Assembly: GCA_028534125.1 (NCBI GenBank)
Contig: CM052817.1
Span: 104,224,001 to 104,288,000, forward strand
DNA from: Lama glama
Lineage: Eukaryota
Reading direction: 5' to 3'
Length of the DNA stretch: 64,000 bases
Shown here piece after piece: positions 36,317 to 47,985 of this stretch. The notes under the pieces were generated by a model. That model did no database searches and had not been told where the DNA came from. It was given only the letters and a program-made list of their open reading frames with translations. Positions within the stretch are counted from its first letter, which is position 1. Every line of letters begins with the position of its first letter. Both the position numbers and the translations under genes were made by a program.

Positions 36317-37847
36317 GGTTCACTTGAACCTGAGGAATATTCTGGCTTCTCCAAGAAAAATCCTAATTAGCCCAGATACTTTTCAACTCTCCCTCAATAC
36401 CCCCTCTATTTCACTAGTTACACATTAAGGCTCAGGAGAGATGCTTAATTCCCTGTGGGTACCCGCTGGTGGAGGAGATGTTGGAAAAGCCAGTGGTCAA
36501 CATGGAATTGCTCCTGTAAGAGGTGAAGCAGAGCTATCATTACACATCCATTAACACTTTTGTACTAAATAAACTAGCCTTTGTTCTAGTGTTTCAGAGG
36601 TAAATTATGGTGATATTGCTCCAGATATCCATTGGATAAATTTTAGACTTTCCACAGAATACCACCGGGATTTAGTATCTTAATATCTTTTTCGTTTTTT
36701 TTTTTTCTGTCTGAGATGCATGGAGTTAGTATGAATTATTAAGCCACGTACGTGAACAGGGAGAAAAGTTCAAAAACCATTTCTGAGCTTTCCTTGTGGG
36801 TTGGAAGAGCCAGTAATAGGGTTTTCTGATGATAGCAACTTCAGCTGATTATATGACTGAGATACACTGTCAGCAAAAGAAATGCATTCAGCTGTGCTGT
36901 TATCCAGTTTCTCTTCCAAAGATCAGATAGAAAAACAAGCATTGGTAAACGGGGGTCTTCCCACCTAGAGGACTATCTTAAGAGCCTGATAATTGCCTTG
37001 GCCTTCCTACACCTCACAGTTACCATCAGAAGATGCTCAGAAGTATAGCAACAGTACAGGTTGCCTAAGACGGTGGCAAAGTCTGCCTCTTCAGGGATTT
37101 AGACTGGGCATCACGTAGGAAGCAGAACTGCCCCTCCCCCTATTTTCACCAGCAGTTCCTCCTTTAAGTGCGTTATGTCCTCTTTGTCTGTGAAATCTCA
37201 GCTGTGTATCCTTGAAAATATATGCAGAATAAACCTCAGATTGAAGTTAATTTAGTAACTCGGGATGGCCATATTCTATTTCAGAAGTTTGTTGTTAAGC
37301 TTTAGATGAAAGGTTTAGATAAGAAGAATCATGAAAGGAGCATATTAAGTTTAATTTAGATTCAATAGGTAGTTCAGATAGATCATTAACTATGTTAGTT
37401 AATCCCATATTGTGCACTCAATAAATATTTGTTGAGTGAAATTGAAATTAATAGTCTTGTCATTTTGAATTACTTGTTTACACTTTGTTAGTTCAAAATT
37501 AAAGTACAGTAAAGTTCATTATGCTCCAGTTTCTTCTGTAGTATTAGAGCTACCTACTGCCTCTAATGGGTGATTGTAACTCTGTTAAAGTAATATCAAC
37601 ATAAGACACCTAAGAAGCATTGTCCAATGTGTGTGACATTATGCAGCATAATTTTTATTGATGACACCTCTTAAGACATAAAAAGTTTGTTATGAAGCAT
37701 AATAAAGACCTTTTTTTTTTGTTTTTGTAGCAGAGGAGATTTTAATTATTTGCTTTCCTTAAGCAACGTGGAATACAACTTGGGAGTCATTATTTATTTG
37801 TTACCACCACGCCAAAAGAACCAGCATTGGGAGATTCAAAAAGTGTA

Positions 37848-37953
37848 CATACAAACACACACACACACACTCACACACATACTTTTTTTTTTATTTAAAA
37901 ATATCCAGCAAAAAACAAAACAAAAAACAAAACAAAAAACAAACGAACAAAAA
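37848..37953. repeat. Compound simple repeat: (CA)n, T10, (CAAAA/CAAAAAA)n
   Basis: Read directly from the sequence. Confidence 0.85.
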
Positions 37954-40900
37954 TATCCAGCATATGCATTAACCGCTGCTCCACCTGGAACAGGGTGCAG
38001 GACTGTTTGATTCTCAGCAGTAGAGGGATCGTCACAAGATAAACTGTTGTCCACTCTTTGCAGACAATGCAGTCGTCCTGGCTTCCGTGTCAGCAGTCTT
38101 GGTGAGCAGACAAGTACTGCGGGCATTTCAGCTCAGGACACTGAGGTTTACGCATTTCTGGCTCCGCTTCTTGACATTTTAGCTCAGCCTTGGAAGCAGA
38201 TGCAGCTTATCTCGAGATATTCCTGTGTCGTCTGTGACTTAGAGATGGTTTGATTGGCGATGTTTTCAGAAATACCTGTTTAACTCATTTAAATAGAAGA
38301 AGATCAGGATACAATGGTTCAGTTTGCTGTTGGGGTTGAAAATTGTATTACTGTTTTAAATGACTTGGAGTTTTTGAACCTAAAACCTCCAATTGGTAAT
38401 AAACATAAAGTTTATGTAGAATATGCAACAGTCAGTAGAGTAGCAAAGTTTTTATTCTAAGGAAGCTTTTAAAATGGCTTCTTTTGTGTAATAAATTAAA
38501 GAAACTATGCCTAATTTGTAATTGAAATGATTGTACTTAAATCAAGTCTGTCCTACTCAAGAAGGACAGGTTATGCCGAAGGACACAGCCCAGACACACT
38601 TACTTTTTTATTTCATGTATGTCATGCTTGTAAGAATCACCAAACTTTTTTTTTTTCATTTGGCTAAGATTATATAAAAAATACAACTTTGAGGCAAATT
38701 CTTACAGATGTAACCCTTTAAGAATTCAGCCTTGAAATCTTGTAAAACTGCTTGGAATCACAAAACCCTCAAATTACATGCTGAACCACTTCAGATTTAC
38801 CTGCGAGTAAGTGCTAACCTGCAATTAACTAAGTACTAATTCAGTTAAATTGGAGTCCTCTCTGTTTCTTAGCCTGTGAGAATAACTCTTTTAGCAGGGA
38901 CCACAGTAGGATTTAAAGCTTAAGATCCTTGGAAGGGAGGTAGATGGAGGAACCTTAAAGTGAGAAATACCTACTCTAATGGGATGGGTGTTGAGTGTTA
39001 AAGGAAACCAGCCAAAAAGGAAGAACAAGATAGTGGGTATGTCAAGTAGACAACCTTTGGGCATCAGGAAGGTCTAGCCAGAGAAAAGGAGTGTTTGCCG
39101 GGGAGGCTGGACACAGTTGGACGAAGTTCGTATTTGGCGATAACAGCCCTTGGCACAGTTGATATTAGGGAAAGTCTGTTACGGGGTAACAAGTCCCCAT
39201 CCCAAAGTAGAGATTATTTAGCATTTATATCAATAGGTCCCAGGCTCTAGATTTCTTCCTTGAAGCAGCTTATATTTTACTTTTTCAGCATAGTTTTCAG
39301 GCGTATGTGCGTACACCTGCGGAAGGGAAGAAAGAGACATAAAGGATAATTTTAAAAGCCAGAAATGACTCTGCCTACCAATGCAGAAGTTAAACATTGG
39401 GACTCTTCTCCAGAGACCTCAAGTCAGGCTTCCAAGATGATGTACTTTGCCTGAATGGACAATAATCTGCATCTTCCGGCTCCTCAAGCCATGCTGAAGC
39501 CCTATTGGTTACCAGGGATCGTGTCTGGGAGTGCAGGTCACTGTGGAGGGTGGCGGGAGGAGCCGCAGTGGGTTTGAAGGGTGGCGGCGGGAAGTCAACA
39601 AGCCTGCGGCAGCGGGAACTGGGCGGGTTTGGAGAAGAAGGACCAGAGCCCACACTGGGCAGCTGCTCTTCCTGGCCCCTAAAGCGGGGGTGATGGCGGA
39701 GTCAGCAATTGTGTTGGAGGATGTAGCTGGTGTAGCAGGGAATTAAGGCATGTTTGGAGGCGGAACAGAGCACTTATCTGCAGAGGCAATAATAACGTAT
39801 TTGTTTATTGTGATGGGCAACTGGATGCTTTTGAGAAACAAAGAGAGTCAGTTATGATTATTTCTTTTTGATAGAAAGACTAAGCTATAGTTACTCCGCC
39901 CCCGTCAGGGAGTCTGGAATTTGACCATTTGGGTTTTCCTTGAACAGCACATGGAGAATTTCCTACCTGAGGCTCTTTGTTTAGGGATGAAAAAAGGCAT
40001 TAAAGATGCAACAGGTGGTTTTAACAAATGTATGCAAATTACATTATGATGGAAACTGCATCTCAAAGATTTTCTCATTAAGTGAAGGGCCAAGAATTGG
40101 TATGTAGGAAACACGTCATGTCTGTAGTTTGATATATTCACTGTTTCAGTGCCGCTTGAGGTGCTCTGTGAGCCAGTGATAGCGTTCTCGTGGTCTGTGT
40201 GATCAGCTGTCTCTAATTAGGGCCTCATATCACTTGAAAGGATGTGTACTGCCTTCTTAACATTTAATTTGATTTTAAAAATTAGCCTCCTGTGATGGTG
40301 ATGTACGTCCATCACCGCAGCCAGAGCTCACTGAGAGACCTCTGTGGGGTTAAAGGAGTGCCGGACGCTAGCCATGGTGGCCTGTCACGAACGCCTTGTT
40401 TTAGAACCTTGCCAAATATTGCTTTTGAGACGTGTAACCATCCTTTCCCACAGACCTTCCATCACCCCTCTCATGGAGGTACTGGGGGATATGAAAAATA
40501 CTAGCAGGCAGGGTCTCTTCCCCACCGGCAACATTTTCTGCTCACCCAGACATTTTACAGCAGAATTTCTCGCTGAAGTGCCATGGTATCATTCCATTTG
40601 CCACGAGAGTTGGAATTTCTTTGATATCAATTTTAGAGAGCTCAATAGAGCTTTTAAACGTAAAGACAAAAGAACCAGACACTTGAGACAGAGCTGTATT
40701 TGCCCTGTGGTTTATTCTGAAGTTCCCGAAATGAGTGCTTCAGTAGAAGGGATAAAAGAGGCGAGTGTAGACATTTGGCTTTTCTGATCAATTTTGCAAA
40801 ACCTCCAAATATCTGAAGTAGAGCACAGCAGTTGCTCCAGCAGGAAGAGAAATGCCATTCTCGCCCATTTGTCAAATCTCTGCTTTTCTGTATAACAACA

Positions 40901-41351
40901 TGAACTCTGAAAAAATATCCTTGGGGCCCAAAACTGATTAAAACTCTCTGTGGAGTACATGTGCTGCCTTAGGTGCTCTCTGGAGCTGCAAAAACAGAGA
41001 AGGTTTTGTCCTTCCCATAGGGATGGTAAATCGAATAAGAGCCACAGGCAAATAAAAGAGACTGTGTACAAGACAGGGGAACAAATACTAATAAAGACAC
41101 CAACATTCATAAAGTGGCCTGAATGAAAAGTTTGCCATCAGCTCAGTGAACTCTATTACACCAAGAAAAGGATGCATACAAATGCCGTTACTACTGCTAA
41201 GAAACACCACTGAAATCCTCTTATAATAGGCAACCTATGTACCTCGTATTAAATCTCAGCCACAGCCCCATAAGAGAGCATAATCATCAATTGAAAGAGA
41301 AGAAAGGTAACTTTTTTTTAATTAAGACTATTTTTTAAGAGCAGTTTAAGG

Positions 41352-41991
41352 CGCTACTGAACCAAACTTGGGTCCACTTGCCCTCGCGCAGTTAAAGCGA
41401 ACCTACTGACACTGGGTCGTGGTGAAGGAAAGTGCAGCGTTTATTCCAGGCACCAAGCAAGGAGTACAGGTAGCTAGTGCTTAAAAGACTCCCAGCTCCC
41501 CAGTGGTTTTCAGGGAAAGGTTTTTAAAGACAGGGTGAGGGAGGGGGCTGTGGGGTGTGTGATCAGCTCATGGACAGTCTTCCGACTGGTGGGCAGTGAG
41601 GCCATCAGGAGTCAACATCATCAACCTTCTGGTTCCAACCGGCCTGGGGTCTACGTGCTTGTGGGCTGCATGCAGTTAACTTCTTCCACCTGGTGGGGGT
41701 TTCGGTCTCTGCAAAACAGCTCAAAGGACATGGCTCAGAATAGTATCTGTAGCCCTAGAGGAGGAACTAAAGTTCCTTGACTTAGTTTTAATGTTTAAAC
41801 TAGTATTATTTTGTCTTGCTCAACTGTTTTTATTTCTTTCTGCATTTTCTCACTTCTCTGATCAAGTGAAGTCCTTGGAACTCAGGGAAACCTGGGAGAC
41901 TAAAGTTTTTCCACAGATTAGAGGCAGGCGGAGGACCTGGTGGGGGAGAGGTCTGTTCCGGGAAGACCCCATAGGGTCCTGCTCCCTTACA
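41352..41991 (-). mobile_element. Cetartiodactyl ERV1-class solo LTR with 4-bp TSD AAGG
   Basis: AAGG at 41348-41351 and 41992-41995; ends ttaca; a minus-strand AATAAA (tttatt) lies near 41440. Confidence 0.9.
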
Positions 41992-42764
41992 AAGGGTCCC
42001 AGCAAAATTAAGGAAGGTACACAAAGTTCCCACATATCCTCTGCCCCCACACATTCACAGCCTCCCCTGTTTTCAAACCTACATTGACACATCCATATAC
42101 CAAATTCCATAGTTTAAATTAGGGTTCACACTTGGAGCTGTGTACTCTGAGGTCTGGACAAATGGATAATGGCAGGTGTCCATCACTGGGGTACCATACA
42201 GAGTATCTTCACTGTCCTAAAAATCCCCTGTGCTCCACATATTTATCCTTCTTTCCTGCCCCCAACCCCTGGCAGCCTCTGAACTTTTTATTGTCTCCAT
42301 AGTTTTGTCTTTTCCAGAATGTCGTATAATTGAAATCATGCAGCACGTAGCCTTTTCAGATTATCTTCTTTCACTGAGTAAGATGCATTTAAGGTTCTCC
42401 CATGTCATTTCATGGCTTAATAGTTCATTTCTTTTATTAAACATTGAATAACATTCCACTGTCTGGATGTACCACGGTTTATTTATCCACTCACCTACTG
42501 AAGGACATCTGGGTTGAGCCAAGTTTTGCAGTTATGAATAAAGCTGCTGTAAACATCTGTGTGCAGGTTTTTGTGGGAACATCAGTTTTTAGCACCATTG
42601 GGTAAATACCAAGGAGCATGATTGCTGGATCGTAGGATAAGAATGTGCGTGGTTTTGTGAGAAATGGCCAAACTTCTTCCAAAGTGGCTGCTGCATTTTG
42701 CATCCCCACCAGCACTGAATGAGAGTTCCTGTTGCTCCACGTCCTCCCCAGCATTTGGTGGTGT

Positions 42765-43182
42765 TGTAACTGGTCCAGGTTCGATTACCTTCATTGCCTC
42801 CTGGAAGATGAGGGGGAGGGGCATTAATAGGCTAATGAATAAAGCAGTGGGGCGGTGTGAGGTGTGGGGAGTGTGGGGAAAAGTGGTTGGAAAAAGATGT
42901 GGGAATGGTTGCTCTGTGCAGGCAAAACTAAGCTCCAGGCCTCTGCATACTGAAAAGGTCATGAGCGGACACTCACACATGCCCGGTTCGAGGGGCTGTG
43001 GTCCCACCGGGTCTTAACCAGCTCAGCTTGAACTAGATCCAACTGACTCCATGTTTCCAGAAAACAGCTTGGGCAAACGTTGTAATTTTTAGGCTACATG
43101 CTACTTGCTTGGAGCACATGCAGCTCTTAAAATGACCTTGATTTGTGAAGGTGGGGGAAATGGGTTTAAACCCATGGTTTCA
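42765..43182 (-). mobile_element. 418-bp ERV1-like solo LTR, family not recognised
   Basis: TG...CA ends (tgtaac / tttca), near-TSD gtgt/ttgt, and a precise interruption of the L1MC sequence ccagcatttggtg|ttgtcagtgttctgg. Confidence 0.7.
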
Positions 43183-44789
43183 TTGTCAGTGTTCTGGATT
43201 TTGGCCACTCCTGTAAGTGTACAGTGGTATCTTGTTGTTTTAATTAATGTTTCCCTGATGACACATGATGTGGAACACTTTTTCATATGCTTCTTTGACA
43301 TCTGTGTATCTTCTTTGGTGAGTGTCTGTTAAGGCCTTCGGCCTATTTTTTTAATCAGAGTTTTTTTTTTTGTTTTCTTATTGTTGAGTTTTGAGAGTTC
43401 TTTGTATATTTGGGGGGACAGTCTTTTACCAGGCATGTCTTTTGCAAATATTTTCTCCCAGTCTGTGGCTTAGCTTGTCATTCTCTTGAGATTGTCTTTC
43501 ATGGAGCGGAAGTTTTAAATTTTAATGAAGCCCATGCAGATGATCAGTTTCTTCTTTCATAAAATCATGCCTTTGGTGTTCTGTCTAAAAGGTCACCATA
43601 CCTGAGGTCACCTAGGTTTTCTCCCGTGTTATCATCTAGGAGTTTACAGTTTTATTTTACACTCTGGTCTGTGTTAATTTCTGTGCTGGGTGGAAGGTCT
43701 GTGTCTAAAGATTAATTTGTTTGCATGTGAACATCCAGTTGTTACAGCACCGTTTGTTGAAAAGACAATCTTGGCTCCATTGTGTTGCCTCGGCTTCTTT
43801 GTCAAAGACCAGCTGAGTATGGAAAGTAAGATTTTAAGAGACACGTTTGCCTGGCAGAGACCGCCCAGCTAGCTTATCATTGTCAAAGCCAGATTTGGCC
43901 CCAGGTTGTCTATTTCCTACTCTTAGGAATAGGCATTATTTACTGTCAACAAATATGACTAGGGAGGTCTCATCAATTTGGCATAAAAATCATGTGAATT
44001 AAAGGATGGCAAAGTGGTGTCTGGTTTGTTTTTCGGTGGGCAGACCAGGACCTGCCATAAATAGCTGGCATTCCTTGGTTTTATTAGTGTCATCTTGGAA
44101 CCACTCTGAATGTTAAATGAAATTTAACATTCCTAATAGTAAGTGATAGTAATTAAACCATTGTTTGATATTTATGACATCATAGGCCCCTTGATACACA
44201 CATCCTGATATGTCTTGCCTTCCCCCGAAAGCTCTTTGAGAACTAGTACATCTGTATTCCCTTAGTGCCGACCACAGTACTGAGCGTAGGAAAGTTTACG
44301 AGCATAAGTTAAACCAAACCTCACTGAAGACAGAATATATAAAATAAGACTGTTTTACCCATGCCATCAGCTGCAAAGGTATTTTTCTATCACATAGCGT
44401 TCCTTGGTTAACTCTCTAGGAGCAATGGGTGATAATCATTCTATCAAAAGTGTGTCCACTGAGTAGGTGTAGATCCGTGGTAATTAGGCAGGATTGAGGC
44501 AAGATCTTTGAACTTCTCTTTGGTATTTACCTTATTAAGACTCGGTGCCAGTAGCCAACCACAGGACACGTCCCTAAGTGCTACTTTTTGAAGCCTGAGC
44601 CTATATGTGGGCATTGCATTTCTTGGGATGGAGGTTAAAGACCCCAAGATCCCAATTGTTAGATCAGAAAGGTCACCATGTGAAAACATGAAAAAAGAAG
44701 TTTTTTGAAACTGGTGGGAAGGAATATAATAATATCTGCTTATAAGCTCTTTCTAAATAAATCCTTAAATGTAACAGAAGAGCAGTCAT

Positions 44790-46250
44790 CATTTATTCAT
44801 TCAATAAACAGGCATTGAATGTCTGCTATGTACTAGTCATTACTCTGAACGTGGGGTCTGGCAGTGAACAAAACCTCGTGGGGTTCTTATTCCAGTGAGG
44901 GAAAAGGCAACAGAATTAGTATCAAAGGCTTATTAGTAAAATCTTGATCAAGGCAATGGTTAAAGACCAAGCAGTGAAGGAAGATAAGGATTCCCGGGGC
45001 AGGGATCAGTGGAGGTGTCACAGACAGGGTGACTTTTGCGCACAGACAGAGGACATGAGGGGGCGGGCTCTGCTGATACAGGCAACCAGACATCAAAGCT
45101 GAGGAAAGACCGTCACAAAGGCCTGACTTGTAGCCTTGTGTGTGTGAAAAGCAGCAGAGCTTGACCAACTGCAAAACACACCCCATGCTATTTAGTGAGA
45201 AAGGAAAACCGGGAGAAGCAGGTGTGTGTGCCTGTGTGTGTCTCTGTGTGTGTCTGTGTCAGTGTGTGTGTCTGTGTGTCAATGTCTGTGTGTCTGTGTC
45301 TTGTGTGTGTCTGTGTGTGTCTGTCAGTATGTATGTGTGTGTCTGTGTTTGTGTGTGTGTGTGTGTGTATCTGTGTGTGTCTGTGTCAGTGTGTGTGTCT
45401 GTGTGTCAACGTGTGTGTGTCTGTGTCAGTGTGTGCTCATGTCTGTGTGTCTGTGTCTCGTGTGTGTCTGTGTGTGCGTGTCTGTGTGTGTGTGTCTGTG
45501 TGTGTGTCTGTATGTGTCTGTCAGTATGTATGTGTGTGTGTGTCTGTGTATGTCCGTGTCTGTGTGTCTATGTGTGTCTGCATGTGTGTGTCTGTGTGTG
45601 TGTGTGCACATGCATGTGTTCTGGATGAGACTGGGGGCCTATTTAGAATATGTTATGTTGAGCTATTTATCAGACACCCCAGTGGAGATGTCAAGAACTC
45701 AGTGGTGACTATGAATGTAAGGACACGAGAAGGGGTCAGGATATGGACATTTGGGTGTTGTCCACATTTAGATGATATTTCAAACAATGAGACCATTGCT
45801 ATCAGCCAAGAAGTAAGGCTAGATCCAGAAGAGAAGAGGTCTGAGGACAGAGCCTCTGGGTACTCCCATGTCTAGGAAGGGAAATGGAGTAGCAATGGGA
45901 CAGGAGATGGAAACCAAGGGCAGGAGCGTAGGAGGAAAGTGAGGAGACCTCCATGTCCCATTCGCCAGGTGACGAGCACATCGAAGACAAAGGGCATGAT
46001 CAGCATAGACAGTGCTGTGAGAGAGTGAGAACTGACAGCCAGTCATTAGGCTTAACCCTGTGAAGTTATTAGTGACCTTGAAAGACGTTTTGGTCAAAGG
46101 GTAGGCCAGCAAGTCTAGCTGCAGTTGGGTAGTGAAGTGGGGAGAGAGGAAGTGACTTGAGAAAGGAGAGTATGGATGACTTTTTGAGGAGTGGGGATCA
46201 AAGGAATGGAATGGCTGCTAGGGGATAGCACAGTTTCTTAAATTTAATAT
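44790..46250 (-). mobile_element. L2, split by a microsatellite
   Basis: catttattcattcaataaac tail; tcagacaccccagtggagatgtcaag; gaagagaagaggtctgaggacagagcc; ttagtgaccttga. Confidence 0.8.
45222..45619. repeat. About 400-bp degenerate (TG)n/(TGTC)n microsatellite
   Basis: Read directly; it is the source of the Cys/Val-rich pseudo-ORFs. Confidence 0.98.
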
Positions 46251-46337
46251 GGGAATTAAAACATCCGTATGGTCACGGGAGAGCACAGTGGAGAGGAAAA
46301 CCTTAAAACCAATAAGAAATGGAATGCCTTATTTTGA

Positions 46338-46445
46338 CCGTTTACAGGTGAGGAAACTGAAGCACAAGGAAATGAATAATTCATCTAAATAGCGTGACAG
46401 ATCACAGCATGGCAGAGCCGAAACCAGAGTTCAGCCTTCCTGACT
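46338..46445 (-). mobile_element. MIR
   Basis: tttacaggtgaggaaactgaagcaca...atggcagagcc. Confidence 0.75.
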
Positions 46446-47809
46446 GTTCGCTCTATAGAATAAACAAAACACCCGAATCCCATCTGAACCTTGTAGTTTC
46501 TGTTCTTGGTTTTCTCATCTCCATGGTTTGCGTTAGACTTAATTGCAAGCTAATAAACCCTAACTTGAATAGAACAGGAAATTATCCTGGATTCTTTTTC
46601 AGCACAATATACATTTAACATAAATTCAACAGAAAACAAGACGCGATCAAAAGAAGCTTTAAAAGTGTAATCAGAGGGAAATGTTTGCACACTGTATTTG
46701 ATGATTGGTCTTAGAAAACCATTTTTCTTTCACAAAACAGTGACTTCAAAGTGTCCATCAGCGCTGCTTGCAGTGAGGTGATTGAGCCCCTCGTGCTGGG
46801 AACTTTTATTTCCCTTTTCCTGTTGTGTAAGTGTTCACTGTGGGGTGGTGAGGTCGCGCTTGCTGTGTGACTGAGACGCGGTGGCGAAAGGGAGGGTCCA
46901 GAGTTGGTCCTGCGGGGGGCGAGGGCGCTGCCTGTGTGTTCCCTGCGACCACGTGATACCTCACAGCCACTGAGTACCCCCCGGCCGTGTGTGCAGTCAA
47001 AGCCTCTGCTACGATCAGCAAACTCAGAACATGAAGTGCAAGACTTAGCTGCCCCAGCCCTCCACGTGCAACCTGGTCAGAACAGCATCAGACAGGAGAC
47101 GGCCCTCTGTTTGCAGGACAGCAGGCTTGGAGATGGAAGCCCTCCAGTGCATCACCTGTCCTTCCTTCCTCCACCCGCTCTGTGCACCTCAGACTTATGA
47201 AGGGCAGGGGCCAACCCCGTGAGCAATTAACCATGGAGAAAGAATGCCCAGCCCCACTTTTGATCCCCGTGGCGGGTGTTACGCTGAAGTTGTGGGAATT
47301 TCCTTCCCACAGCAGACATGATGCCTCTCATCTGCCAGGCGTCACCGTTTAAGCCAGATCACCAGGCACCCAGGAAGTGGAGCTATCTCAGGAAAGCAGC
47401 TCTTCTGACAATGAGTGATTCCTTTCTAGAGCAAGGTTGAGTTGGCATTTTTAAAAGAATTAAAGCAGTAAGGGCAGTAATGTAGCTAAACAATTCCCGG
47501 AAATGGTTATCCTAATCGCATTAAGTACACAACTTCATCATTTTAAATTGCTGAAACCTTTGGTGCTGCAAACTTCCTAGCCATTGCACACACGTTGTTA
47601 TACACGCTTGTTTGTAGGTAGAGCTGCATAAATGCGTATATGTGTAAAGGAGTGTGCTTCTTATCTTTCAGCAGTGTGATTTTAGAAGTGCCTTGGGTGT
47701 GTGTCTATCTCCATTCTTACAGAGGTTGGCAGTGAAGCTTATCTCTTTGTTAACTGATCGTTCATTCGTTGGTTCTGCATATACTTATTAGAAATCTATA
47801 TAGCTTTGT

Positions 47810-47936
47810 GGGGAAGGTATAGCTCAGTGGTAGAGTGCCTGCCTAGCAACCGCAAGATTCAGGGTTCAACCCCCAGTGCCTCCATTTAAATAAATAAACA
47901 AACACACACAACCCAAATACCTCCCCCTCAAAAAAG
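47810..47936 (+). mobile_element. Camelid tRNA-derived SINE (Vic-1-like)
   Basis: GGGGAAGGTATAGCTCAGTGGTAGAG (A-box TAGCTCAGTGG), B-box GGTTCAACCCC, AT-rich spacer, tacctccccc and an A-tail. Confidence 0.9.
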
Positions 47937-47985
47937 TATACCGTGCTATGTGTCAATTACATCTCAATAAAACTGGAAGAAAACA
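47937..47985 (+). mobile_element. Old L1 3'-terminal fragment lying within the SINE's TSD
   Basis: gtgctatgtgtcaattacatctcaataaaactggaagaaaa is homologous to the L1 end at 7250-7290. Confidence 0.8.

Larger units (their letters stand above)
41311..43815 (-). mobile_element. L1MC1-like 3' portion, split by two LTRs
   Basis: Collinear with the reverse complement of 19628-20740 (gtctccatagttttgtcttttccagaat; gagagttcctgttgctccacgtcctc). ORF 42491-42754 carries YDPAIMLLGIYP and TCTQMFTAALFI. Confidence 0.9.

Noticed and set aside
38064..38101. 38-nt plus-strand micro-exon candidate (ctctttgcag ... gtgagc)
   Set aside because: Splice-like pairs of this quality are common by chance and it is not frame-preserving.
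40344..41110. Overlapping 147-aa (+) and 132-aa (-) ORFs in non-repeat DNA
   Set aside because: No recognisable domain or viral motif, and one or two ORFs of this length are expected by chance in 64 kb. A BLASTP or PhyloCSF hit would reopen the question.
45140..45875. Cys/Val-rich ORFs of up to 226 aa
   Set aside because: Translations of the (TG)n microsatellite, not keratin-associated or metallothionein-like genes.
47810..47885. tRNA gene
   Set aside because: A- and B-boxes are present, but the AT-rich tail, TSD and a second homologous copy identify it as a tRNA-derived SINE.
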